64,000 nt of DNA from NCBI GenBank assembly GCA_965140785.1, contig OZ223481.1, positions 712,487 to 776,486 on the forward strand. The letters are read 5' to 3'. The translations under genes were made by a program, and so were the position numbers. A model generated the notes under the pieces. That model made no database searches, was not told where the DNA came from, and was given only the letters and a program-made list of their open reading frames with translations. Below, piece by piece: positions 9,596-19,500 of the stretch (position 1 is the stretch's first letter; every line of letters starts with the position of its first letter). This DNA comes from an uncultured Ruficoccus sp. GTDB lineage: Bacteria; Verrucomicrobiota; Verrucomicrobiia; Opitutales; Cerasicoccaceae.

Positions 9596-10062
9596 AGTTC
9601 CCCATGGAGACGCCTGCTCCCCCCTTTACCCTGCACCACACCGGTTATCTGGTGGCGGATATCCCGGCAGCGGCGGAGCACTTCTGCCAACGACTGGGCT
9701 ACCGGGTCGAGTCCGCGGTGATCGAAGATCCTATCCAGACCGCCCGCGTGCAGTTCCTGCGCCAGCCGGGCGCGCCGAGTTGGCTGGAGCTGGTCAGCCC
9801 CACCTCGGACAACAGCAAGCTCAGCGCCGCCCTGAAAAAAGGCGGCGGCCTGCACCACCTGTGCTACGAGGTGGCGGACCTGGCGGCGGCCTCGGCGCAT
9901 CTGCGTGCCGGAGGGATGTTTCCCTTGGGTGAGCCGGTCCCGGCGACCGCCTTTCCGGGTCGGCGTATCGCCTGGTTCATGGACGCCCAGCGCCTGCTCG
10001 TCGAACTGGTCGAGGCAGGAAAGGGGCCGCTCTCGTTGGCTGCTTTGGCGGACGCGGAGTGA
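9592..10062 (+). CDS. VOC/glyoxalase-family protein (methylmalonyl-CoA epimerase-like)
   Basis: HHTGYLV, ELVSP, GGLHHLCYEV and LVELVE metal ligands; GTGA overlap with the FabH stop. Confidence 0.85.
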   Translation: MKFPMETPAPPFTLHHTGYLVADIPAAAEHFCQRLGYRVESAVIEDPIQTARVQFLRQPGAPSWLELVSPTSDNSKLSAALKKGGGLHHLCYEVADLAAASAHLRAGGMFPLGEPVPATAFPGRRIAWFMDAQRLLVELVEAGKGPLSLAALADAE

Positions 10063-10142
10063 ACAGGGAAGAGGGTCTTCGCTTGCATAACCAGCACGAT
10101 GGGGTTAGGCATGGCCTATCTCTATTCACCCCTGCCTGCCCC

Positions 10143-10376
10143 ATGAAGCCTAGCTCGCTCGCCGCTCTCGTTATCCGTTTCCTGGCCATCCTATTGGGAG
10201 CCTATGCCCTCTACGGTTTTTATATCATTCTCCAGTTCACCGCCTTCCCCCGGAGCGGGGTGTGGCTACCGACAGGCCGGATGACCGTATTCTTCTCGGT
10301 GTGTCTGCTGGTGGCGGTTGTTCTGTGTTGGTTCAGTCGCCAGCTTGGCCAGTTAATCGCGCGGGGACTGGATTGA
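10143..10376 (+). CDS. Small hypothetical membrane protein (2 TM)
   Basis: 77 aa with two hydrophobic segments; same orientation as the surrounding cluster. Confidence 0.55.
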   Translation: MKPSSLAALVIRFLAILLGAYALYGFYIILQFTAFPRSGVWLPTGRMTVFFSVCLLVAVVLCWFSRQLGQLIARGLD

Positions 10377-10446
10377 GGCGGTGTCGTTTCCAGCGTTGCC
10401 CGCCCGCGTTCCTTTCTATTATAGAGGGCGGAACATTTCCCCTCCC

Positions 10447-10692
10447 ATGCCAGACTCCACCACCATGTCCGATCCCCGCCTGCCGCGCCTGCAACGTATC
10501 TTCCGCGACGTGCTCGACGAGCCCGCGCTGCAATTGACCGAGGATTACGCGACCGCCGACCATCCCGAGTGGGACTCGGTCGCCATGGTGCAGATCGTGC
10601 TGGCGGTGGAGAGGGAGTTCGGCTGCGAGCTGGACATGGCCCAGGTGGCCGAGATCAAAGCCGTGCGCGACATCCTGCGCTTCCTGCCCTGA
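10447..10692 (+). CDS. Acyl carrier protein (FkbH-associated)
   Basis: IFRDVLD...WDSVAMVQIVLAVEREFG; start is 10447 or 10465. Confidence 0.88.
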   Translation: MPDSTTMSDPRLPRLQRIFRDVLDEPALQLTEDYATADHPEWDSVAMVQIVLAVEREFGCELDMAQVAEIKAVRDILRFLP

Positions 10693-10745
10693 GTTTTTTC
10701 CAATCATCAAGCCCGCCGCTCCGAGTTCCTCAATCGTCTGCCGCC

Positions 10746-12986
10746 ATGCTGAACCTTTCCGACGAGCAACTCGCCCAACTCGACCCCGGTGCGCTGACCG
10801 CTCTGCTGCGGGCCGCGCCCAGCGCCGAGAGCGCCCGGGCGCTCTGGCCGGCGCTGGAAAAACTCCCCGCCGCCTGCCCGAAGCTGGCCGCCGCCTTTCT
10901 CGACGCGCTGGGTGGGGAAGGGGAGGAGGCTTTGCGTATCTGGTTGGAAAAAAACACCGGCAGGGGCGAACACCCCGGGGGCGAATCGTTCCCCGGGTCC
11001 GTTCCCCCGATGGCCCTGTGGCTGACGGCGGCCGGTTGGGAACAGCTGGGCGACGACGCCCGCACCCGCGCCGCCTGGGAAAGTGTCGCCGAGGCGGATG
11101 GCTTCGGCCAGCCCGGTGAGGCCCGGCTGGCGTTGGCCCGGCTGCAACTGCGCGCTGGTGAACCCGAAATGGCACTCGCCACCCTGCGCGAGGCCCTCCG
11201 GCGGGGCGGAGCGGAGTACGATTTCTGGAGCCGGGCCGACCGCCTTCTGCGCAAGCTTTCCCAAAAAATACCCACGCCGGAGCGCCCGTTGAAAATCGCC
11301 CTGCTCGGCTCGTCCACGACGACCTTTCTCGCCGCCGCCGTGCGGGTCGCCGCTGTGCGCGACGGATTTTTTCCGGCCATCTACGAGTCGCCCTACGGGG
11401 CCTGGCGGCAGGACATCCTCGACGAGGGCTCGGGCCTGTACACTTTCACGCCGGACGTGGTCATCCTGGCCACGCATGGCCGCGACGCCGGGTTGCCCAC
11501 CTTCGCCGCGGCCGACGAGGCCGATTCACCGCCGCCGATTTTCACGGAATTAAAATCCCTCTGGGCCCGGTTGCTGGAGCGGTTGTCGTGCACCGTGCTG
11601 CAACACAGCTTCGACCTGCCCGCAGAGGACGCCGGGAGTATGCTCAGCGCCAACGCGCCCGCCGGGCGCGTTCGTCGCCTGCGTGCCCTCAACGAGTCCC
11701 TGCGCCGCGAGGCCCCGTCCGGCGTCGCCATGGTGGACCTGGAAGCGCTTGCCGCCGGAGCGACGGAAGGCGGTTGGAGCGACCCGCGTCAGTGGTTCCT
11801 GCACAAGCAGCACCCGGCGATGGAGGCGCTCCCGCTGCTGGCCGACGCCTATCTCGGCCTCATCCGCGCCGCCGCCGGAACCGCCCGCAAGGTCCTCGTC
11901 CTCGACCTGGACAACACCCTCTGGGGCGGCGTCATCGGCGAGGACGGCCTGGCGGGCATCCGCGTGGGCCCGCCGCACGCCGAGGGCGAGGCCTACGCCG
12001 CGCTCCAGCACTACGCCCGCGACTTGAAAGAACGCGGCGTCCTCCTGGCCGTCTGCTCGAAGAATAACGCCGCCGACGCCCGCCTGCCTTTTGAAAAACA
12101 CGACGGCATAGTTCTGAAGCTGGACGATTTCGCCGCCTTCGTTGCCAACTGGGAGAGCAAGCCCGCCAACCTGCGCGCCCTCGCCGCCGAGCTCAACCTC
12201 GGACTGGACAGTTTCGTTTTCGTTGATGACAACCCGGTGGAGCGTGCCCAGGTGCAGCGCGAATTGCCGGAGGTCGCCGTGCCCGAACTCGGGGCCGATC
12301 CGGCGCAGTTCGTCAACATTCTCGCCCGCGGGCATTGGTTCGAGGCGCTGCGGCTCTCCGGGGAGGACCGCGCCCGCCACGCCGCCTACCGCGCCAACTC
12401 CGAACGCCGCGAGCTGGAGCAGGCCGCCCCCGACCTGGAGTCCTTTCTGCGGCAACTGCGCATGACGGTTGCGCACGGCCCATTTACGCCGGAAAATCTC
12501 GACCGCGTTGCTCAGCTCATCGGCAAGACGAATCAGTTCAACCTGACCACCCGCCGTCACTCGGTTGAAAGATTGCAGCAATTAGCCGCCGATCCCGCCA
12601 CCTGGACCCAGGCTTTTCGTTTAAAAGACCGCTACGGCGACAACGGGCTGGTCGGCGTCATCATCGCCATCCCTTCCGGTGAAGAGGAGTGGGAAGTGGA
12701 CACGTTCTTAATGAGCTGCCGGGTTATTGGGCGCGGTTTGGCCGATTACATGGCCCTGACTCTCCTGAAAGCCGCCCGTACGCAGGGTATCAAGCGCGTG
12801 ACCGGTATATATATACCGACCGCGAAAAACGCGATGGTGGCGGATTTTTATTTTCGATACGGGTTTGCTGCACGGCTGGATCCTGCCGATCAGATCCGGG
12901 CCGGAGCGCCCCGTCATTTTGTTTTTGAGGTCAGTAAGCAGGAGCTACCCGCAATAGCCGACGACTTGTTCACCGTTTCAGAGTAG
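10746..12986 (+). CDS. FkbH-like HAD-IIIC glyceryl-ACP synthase with N-terminal extension
   Basis: KVLVLDLDNTLWGGVIGEDG, VCSKNN, FVDDNPVER, KTNQFNLT, DRYGDNG and MSCRV motifs. Confidence 0.93.
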   Translation: MLNLSDEQLAQLDPGALTALLRAAPSAESARALWPALEKLPAACPKLAAAFLDALGGEGEEALRIWLEKNTGRGEHPGGESFPGSVPPMALWLTAAGWEQLGDDARTRAAWESVAEADGFGQPGEARLALARLQLRAGEPEMALATLREALRRGGAEYDFWSRADRLLRKLSQKIPTPERPLKIALLGSSTTTFLAAAVRVAAVRDGFFPAIYESPYGAWRQDILDEGSGLYTFTPDVVILATHGRDAGLPTFAAADEADSPPPIFTELKSLWARLLERLSCTVLQHSFDLPAEDAGSMLSANAPAGRVRRLRALNESLRREAPSGVAMVDLEALAAGATEGGWSDPRQWFLHKQHPAMEALPLLADAYLGLIRAAAGTARKVLVLDLDNTLWGGVIGEDGLAGIRVGPPHAEGEAYAALQHYARDLKERGVLLAVCSKNNAADARLPFEKHDGIVLKLDDFAAFVANWESKPANLRALAAELNLGLDSFVFVDDNPVERAQVQRELPEVAVPELGADPAQFVNILARGHWFEALRLSGEDRARHAAYRANSERRELEQAAPDLESFLRQLRMTVAHGPFTPENLDRVAQLIGKTNQFNLTTRRHSVERLQQLAADPATWTQAFRLKDRYGDNGLVGVIIAIPSGEEEWEVDTFLMSCRVIGRGLADYMALTLLKAARTQGIKRVTGIYIPTAKNAMVADFYFRYGFAARLDPADQIRAGAPRHFVFEVSKQELPAIADDLFTVSE

Positions 12987-13075
12987 CGGCCGCGTAGTAG
13001 CCCCTTCATGTCCTGTGCGGTCACGCACCCATGTTTGGGCTTTAATTTTTCGGGTGGCTCGTTCATCGTTCGCGG

Positions 13076-14349
13076 ATGGTCACGGAGACCCTGAAATTTT
13101 TGACGCCGCAGAGCACCCGCGAGATCGCGGAGGGCTTCGGCACGCCTGTTTATGTGTACGACGAGGCCGCGCTGACCCGTCATGCCGAGGCCGCGCTGGC
13201 CTTTCCCAACGCTTTTGGGCTGACGGTGCGCTTCGCCATGAAGGCTTCGCCCAACGCCGCCATCCTGCGCGTGTTCCACCGGCTCGGGCTGCACATCGAC
13301 GCCTCCAGCGGCTTTGAGGTCCGGCGCGCCCTGCGTGCGGGCATCCCCGCCGAGCACATCTCGCTCAGCACGCAGGAGTTTCCGGAAGACTTCGTCAGCC
13401 TGTACAAGAAGGGCATCCGCTTCAATGCCTGTTCGCTGGCCCAGCTCGAGCGCTTCGGGGAGCTTTTCCCCGGCTGCCGCTGCGGCCTGCGCGTCAACCC
13501 CGGCCTGGGCTCCGGCGGCACCGGCAAGACCAACGTCGGCGGCCCGCACTCGAGCTTCGGCATCTGGCACGAGTGGCTGGGCGAGGCCGAGGCGATCATC
13601 CGCAAGCACGGGCTGAGCATCATCCGCATCCACACGCACATCGGCTCGGGCAGCGACCCGGTGGTCTGGGAGCGGGTGGCGCTGATGAGCCTGGAGACGG
13701 TCAAGCGCTTCCCCGACGTGATCACGCTCAACCTCGGCGGCGGCTACAAGGTCGCCCGCATGGCCACCGAAAAGGCGACCGACCTGCAACAGATCGGCGC
13801 TCCCGTGAAAGCGGCCTTCGAAAAGCTGGCGGCGGAGACCGGACGCGAGCTCAAGCTCGAGATCGAGCCGGGCACCTTTCTCGTGGCCAACGCCGGGGCG
13901 CTCGTTGCCACCGTGCGCGATGTCATCCGCACCGGCGGCCCCGACGGCATGCACTTTTTGAAACTCGACTCGGGCATGACGGAGATTCTCCGCCCCTCGC
14001 TCTACGCGGCCCAGCACCCGCTGGTCATCGTCCCGGCACAGGAGCGCGACACCCCCGCCGAGCGCGACTACCTCGTGGTCGGTCACTGCTGCGAGTCGGG
14101 CGACATCCTCACCACCGGCGCGGACGATCCCGAGGCGCTCCAGCCCCGCACCCTGCCGGAGACTTTCCCGGCGACCTGTGCGTGGTCGAGGGCGCGGGCG
14201 CGTACTGCGCCGCCATGACGGCTAAGAACTACAACTCCTTCCCCGAAGCGCCCGAGGTGCTCGTCGGCCTCGACGGCCAGCCGCGCCTCATCCGCCAGCG
14301 TCAGACCCTGGACCAGATATTCCAGAACGAGGTCGAGCCCGAGGAATAG
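13076..14349 (+). CDS. lysA: Diaminopimelate decarboxylase, interrupted by one frameshift near 14167 (probable sequencing error)
   Basis: [32 protein letters not shown] and GHCCESGD in the first frame; GAYCAAM..NYN in another frame after ttcccggcgac, where one C is missing. Confidence 0.9.
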
Positions 14350-14469
14350 TTTTCAACAGGAAGGGCGGAAAGACCGAGAGAGCTTGTCGTTGATTGCTTT
14401 TCGTTATCTCAAGCGCGGCTCTCCGGTTTGAGCGTGATTTCTGCCGGACAGATGGTGTAAGCTTGTCCG

Positions 14470-16125
14470 GTGAGTTTATTCAGCCAGTCCCTTCGTTTGT
14501 TTTTTTTATGCTCGCTCGCTATGGCGGCGGTGTGTGGGCCTGATCTGTACGCGGCGGACCCTGCCGACTCAGGACAAGAGCCCTGGCCCGACGACTACGA
14601 GCTGACCCTGCGTGTGGCACAGCAAGACCCGGCGGCTGATTTTTCCACTATCAACGCGGCGGCACGGGCGGCCTTGACGGAAGCGGCCGCGGGAACAAGC
14701 GTGCGTGTGCTGATTGCGCCGGGCCTGTACCGTGAGCACGTGGAGCTGGTCGGAGAGGCCGGGCGCACCTATGCGCCGATGGCGATCGAGGCCGAGGAGG
14801 CGGGCCGGGCGGTCATCAGTGGGAGCGAGATTGTCAACGGCTGGGAAGTCGGCGACAGCGACTATTTCGAAAAGGATTTCTCCCCGGATGAGAGGATCGT
14901 GACGGTTTTTGTGCAGAGCGTCCGCCTGGCGCGGGCGCGCCCGGACCGGAAGTTGGGCGGCGGGCAGTTCCGGTTGGTGGGCGATCAGGTGCAGCTCGTT
15001 CCTCCCGGCAATGCAACCGTGGCCGACGGGCTGGTCGAGGTCGCCACCGAGGCGAAAGGCCAACTGCTGAGTATCCAGAATTTGGATACAGTGTTTATTT
15101 CCGGGCTCTACCTGCGCCAGAGCGGGGGCGAGGGGATGCGCGTACAGGCTTGCCGCCGGGTGAAACTTGAGCACACGACCTCCGAGCATCATTATATTTC
15201 GGGCTATCACTTCGAGGATCTGGAGCGGCTGGCCCTCGTCAACACCGACGCCCTGCGCAACGGCAAGGAAGGCATTGACGCGGTCAATGTGGGCGAACTG
15301 ACAGCCGTCAGCGGCGCGGCCTCCCTGAACGGTTACCGGGTGGACGAGGAGCGGATGCTGGCCGGGGACGCCTTCGGTCTGGTGGTCAACACCGCCAAGC
15401 GCCTGAGCCTGCGAAACTTTCAGGCAGCGGACAACCGCGGGGCCGGACTGGGCATCCACTACACCGAGGATGTGCTCATCCGCCGCAGCAAGCTGCTCAA
15501 CAACCAAGTGGGCATGCTGGCCTTCCGAGCGGGGCAGGTGCAGCTCAAAGAAGTCGTCGTCGCGGCCAACCAGGCCGCGGGTGTCGTGCTTATCGAGACG
15601 GACTGCGCGGCGGTCTGGTCTGTTTTTAGCGGCAACGGCGAGACGGGCGGAGACGGGCTCTCCGCCCAGATCTTAGCCGGGGACGACGTAAGCGTATCGC
15701 TCGATCACTGTATTGTCTCCAGCACCGACGCACAAGTGGCGCTGGTGGCGCTCGAGGCTCCCGAGCAGGTGGATACTTTTACCGGGAATCTTTACTGGGG
15801 GTCGGACCAGCCCTTTATTATTGGTTCATTGATGCCGCATAAGGACGGAACCGATCCGCTGGACGAGGCGCTCGACTTCGCCGCCTGGCAGGCGGTCACG
15901 GGGCAGGACCTGGATTCGGCCTGGGGGGACCCGATGTTCAACGACCCGAAGTACTTCGAGTTTATCCCGCTTAACGACAGCATCTGGTACCAGCAGAAAA
16001 ACTGGCCCGTGCGCACTCTGACCGAAGCCGAGCAGACCGCCGCCCGCGAGAAGTACCTCGCTCCGGCGAGCAGCGGTGAAAGCGCCCCCGAGCCGGTTCC
16101 CGATCCGTTCGCCCCCGCGCCTTAA
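14470..16125 (+). CDS. Secreted right-handed parallel beta-helix protein (pectin-lyase-like fold)
   Basis: Signal peptide; F.TINAA...IAPGLYRE...AVISGSE N-terminal motif; repeated N..G beta-helix turns; Pro-rich tail. Confidence 0.75.
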   Translation: MSLFSQSLRLFFLCSLAMAAVCGPDLYAADPADSGQEPWPDDYELTLRVAQQDPAADFSTINAAARAALTEAAAGTSVRVLIAPGLYREHVELVGEAGRTYAPMAIEAEEAGRAVISGSEIVNGWEVGDSDYFEKDFSPDERIVTVFVQSVRLARARPDRKLGGGQFRLVGDQVQLVPPGNATVADGLVEVATEAKGQLLSIQNLDTVFISGLYLRQSGGEGMRVQACRRVKLEHTTSEHHYISGYHFEDLERLALVNTDALRNGKEGIDAVNVGELTAVSGAASLNGYRVDEERMLAGDAFGLVVNTAKRLSLRNFQAADNRGAGLGIHYTEDVLIRRSKLLNNQVGMLAFRAGQVQLKEVVVAANQAAGVVLIETDCAAVWSVFSGNGETGGDGLSAQILAGDDVSVSLDHCIVSSTDAQVALVALEAPEQVDTFTGNLYWGSDQPFIIGSLMPHKDGTDPLDEALDFAAWQAVTGQDLDSAWGDPMFNDPKYFEFIPLNDSIWYQQKNWPVRTLTEAEQTAAREKYLAPASSGESAPEPVPDPFAPAP

Positions 16126-16165
16126 GCTCTCCCTGTCGATGATCCGCGCATGGTTCTGGGGTGTT

Positions 16166-16200
16166 GTCATCCTGAGCAAGCGCAGCGCGTCGAAGGATCT
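16166..16200 (+). repeat. REP-like GTCATCCTGAG...GAAGGATCT palindromic element (single copy)
   Basis: GTCATCCTGAGCAAGCGCAGCGCGTCGAAGGATCT with ATCCT/AGGAT arms, lying just after a stop codon. Confidence 0.55.
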
Positions 16201-16403
16201 CCCGGTTCGTGTTTTTATCGAAGGGAGCAAAAGAGAGCGCGAGAAAAATTCCACCGCCGGAAAAATATGCTCCCGCCGTGATCCGTACTGGATTTCCTCC
16301 CGCTTATCATGCTATCTAGAGTATCTTGCGCAGGTAAACTAACTTTACGGCCCTTTCGCGGGTCCGCTCCCGGTTCCCGCGCTTTTGCGTTTAACAATTT
16401 CCC

Positions 16404-17887
16404 ATGTCCAACCTCCGTCATCATCCCCTCGGTAAGCCCGTCCCCGACAGCGTCCACGCGGTCTGCGTGAGCCTGCCCACGCTGCACGATGTCATCGGCT
16501 ACGAGGAAAAGCGGGCCGACACCCTGCGCGGCGGTCAAGTTCGCCTACCCGCGCTTTGTCTTCCATGACTACGTGCTGAGGGCCGCCGCCCAGGGGGCGA
16601 AGAAGCACGGGTTGGCGGGCCGGGCGGTGTACGCGGTCGCCTCCGAGCGTTCCGCCCGGGAGATGGCGGTCTGGATGAAGCTGTCCGAATACGCCATCGT
16701 GGCGGAGGCGGATTTCGTGCTCATGCACTTCGCGGACCGCCCCGAGGCCTGCGCCGCCGCCAAGGCCTTTCTCCAGCACACCGGGGCGAGCATTTCCTCT
16801 CGCCAGGCCGAGACTTACCTGCGGGCCGAGGGCTTGTTAATAAATGTCCAGGCCGAGGAACGCCAGGCCGACGGGGCGAGGGACAAAGTTCTCACCACGC
16901 TGCGCGACTACCTGCCGACCCCCGCGCTGCATCTGTGCACCAGCGGCATGAACGCCTTTTACGCCGCGCTCAAGGCCACCCGGCGGCTCCAGGCCCCGCG
17001 CGGGGCGACGCGTCTATGTGCAACTGGGCTGGCTCTACCTCGACACGATGAAGATCCTCCAGCACTTTCTGGAGCCGGACGAGGAGGTTATCGTGCAGAC
17101 GGACGTCTTCGATTGGGCGGCGATTGAGAAAATCTTCGCCGACTGCGGCGACCGGCTGGCGGGCGTGGTGACGGAGCTGCCGACCAACCCCCTCGTGCAC
17201 ACCCTCGATGTGGAGCGGCTCTCCGAGCTGTGTCGCCGGCACGGGGTGGTGCGGATTTTTGACCCGAGCCTGGCCGGCGTCGTCAATGTCGATATCCTGC
17301 CGCATACCGATCTGCTCATGACGAGCCTGACCAAGTACGCCGCGCACGCCGGGGATGTCATGAGCGGAGCCCTGGCAGTCAATCCTGATTCGCCCTTTTT
17401 CGCGGAGTTGGGCGACCTGGCCGCGGGAGAGGTTGAGGCCCCCTACGCCGGGGACGTTGCCCGGCTGGCGACCCAGATCGCGGACATGCCGGCGGTGGCG
17501 GCGAAGGTTAACGCCAACGCCCGGGCGGTGACGGAGCACCTGTCGCGTTCGCCGCGCGTCGCGCGGCTGTTCACGCCCCTGGAAGGGCGTTCGGCGGGGA
17601 ACTACCGGCGCATCGCCCGAAGTGATGAGGCGGTCGGCGCGATTTTGACTTTCGACCTGGCCGGGAAACTGGCGGACTTTTACGATCACGCCCGCGTGGT
17701 CAAGGGGCCCAGTTTCGGCACGGACTACACGATGATGTGCCCGTTTCTGTATATTGCCCACTTCGATTTGGTGACCACGGTGGAGGGGCGGAAGCTGCTG
17801 CGCGCCCACGGGCTCAACCCCGAGCTGATCCGCCTCTCAGTGGGGACGGAGCCGGCGGACGAGATCATTGAGGCGCTCGGACTGTAG
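16404..17887 (+). CDS. PLP-dependent Cys/Met metabolism enzyme (cystathionine gamma-synthase-like, long type); two frameshifts near 16527 and 17003
   Basis: Joined frames read [36 protein letters not shown] / AVKFAYPRF...TSGMNAF / QLGWLY.DT...ELPTNPL...SLTKYA...KGPSFGT...LIRLSVGTE. Confidence 0.82.
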
Positions 17888-18015
17888 GGCGGTTTTATCG
17901 GCTGGGGGGGCAACGCCGCTCTTGTTGGCTGGAATATGCGTGCATCGGTTTTGAATAAGATCGACTTTTTAGGAGTATAAGATTTCACTCCGTAATTGTT
18001 TTAACTTTATTCGGC

Positions 18016-19472
18016 ATGACAAAGACAGCGGTTTCCCAGCGCACTCCTTGGCTCGGGGCTGTCATACTCCTTCTCGCGGCGCAGACGGTACTGGTTGCCG
18101 ATTATGCTTCCAGCTACGACTTGCGGGACTACGGCTTGGTCACCCGCGTCGAGGACCAGGGGGATCTCGGCGACTGCTGGGCCTTCGCCTCGACCACGAC
18201 CTTCGAGAGCGCCGTGCTCAAGTCCGGGCTCGAGACGGATCCCTACAGCCCGAATGTCCAGCTCTTGCAGTGGCACCTGGCCACCCGCAGCGGCGTCTCG
18301 CTGGTGCTCACGCCCACTTTCGAGGACGGGTACCCGAGCTACCAGGGCTGGGGCGGTAACGTATATGAATCCGTCGCCTACTATATACGCGGCCGGGGAG
18401 CCTGGAACTCGCCGGAGCCGGACCCCAGCATTCCGCAGATCGGTGGTGGCGCTGTCCTTCTGGGCTCAAGCCCACTCAACGACTACCCGCTGCAGGCGGC
18501 CGAGTCCGGCCAGGATCTCAGCCCCTACATCCCGCCGGTATCCCAGCCCCTGGCCTACGGCGTGCGCAACGCCTACATGATCAACAAAGACAACTATTCC
18601 GCCGCCCAACAGGTCAACCGCATCAAGTCCGCCCTCAACAATTACGGGGCGGTGGGCACGACTATCTATATGGATCAGTCGCAGGTCAACCCGACGACGT
18701 ACACCTATCTTTATGAGGGTCGAAGAACACGAACCACGTAGTGACCATCGTCGGATGGGACGATAACAAGGCGGTCACGGGCGCTACCAGTAACGGCGCC
18801 TGGCTCATACAGAACTCCTGGGGAGACGACTGGGCGGATGCCGGCTACTTCTGGATTTCCTATGAAGACACGCATGCCGGTAAGACCTCGAACATGGCGC
18901 TCGAGGTTATGTCGATGGGCGAGTACGCCTCCACGGTGCTGCAAAATCAGCTATTTTTCCCCGGACAGGTGCGTCAACTGGAGGATCTCAGCACCATGCA
19001 ACTGGCCAGTATCCTGACCTCCTCCGAGGCGGGCGTACTTGATGCTATTGGCATCGTCACTTACTACGACGAGCTCATTGTCACCATCAGCATCTATGTC
19101 AGTTGGGATGACGTGAATAACATGCCCGATACCCTCTTGCCGGAGTACACGGTGACGACGCAAATCGACCTGGCCGGGTATCACCTGATCGACCTGGAGG
19201 AGGACTACGCCTACTTCGCCGACCAGGAGATTGTTGTCGTGGTCGAGTACGAAGGGGACGTATTTTACTATGACGACGAAAGCGAGCTGCACGAAGGCGT
19301 TTCCTATGTCTTCGACGGCGAGGAGTGGGTGGACCTGGCTCTGGTCGATTCGCCCGGCACGCTGTTTGTCAAAGGCTACACGCTCGTGCCTGAGCCCGCC
19401 GAATGGGCTGCGCTGGCCGGGCTGGCCGCCGTCGTGTTCGTCGTGATCCGCCGCCGGAAGGCGGTTGCCTAG
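18016..19472 (+). CDS. Papain-like C1 cysteine peptidase with C-terminal PEP-CTERM sorting signal; one frameshift near 18718
   Basis: YDLR...DQGDLGDCWAF (Gln/Cys); after the shift NHVVTIVGWDD (His) and IQNSWG (Asn); ends VPEPAEWAALAGLAAVVFVVIRRRK. Confidence 0.88.
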
Positions 19473-19500
19473 GCCGGGCTTTACGCCCAGACTCCCCGGC

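Noticed and set aside
14160..14175. Programmed ribosomal frameshift in lysA
   Set aside because: No recognisable slippery heptamer or stimulatory structure, and neighbouring genes have similar indels.
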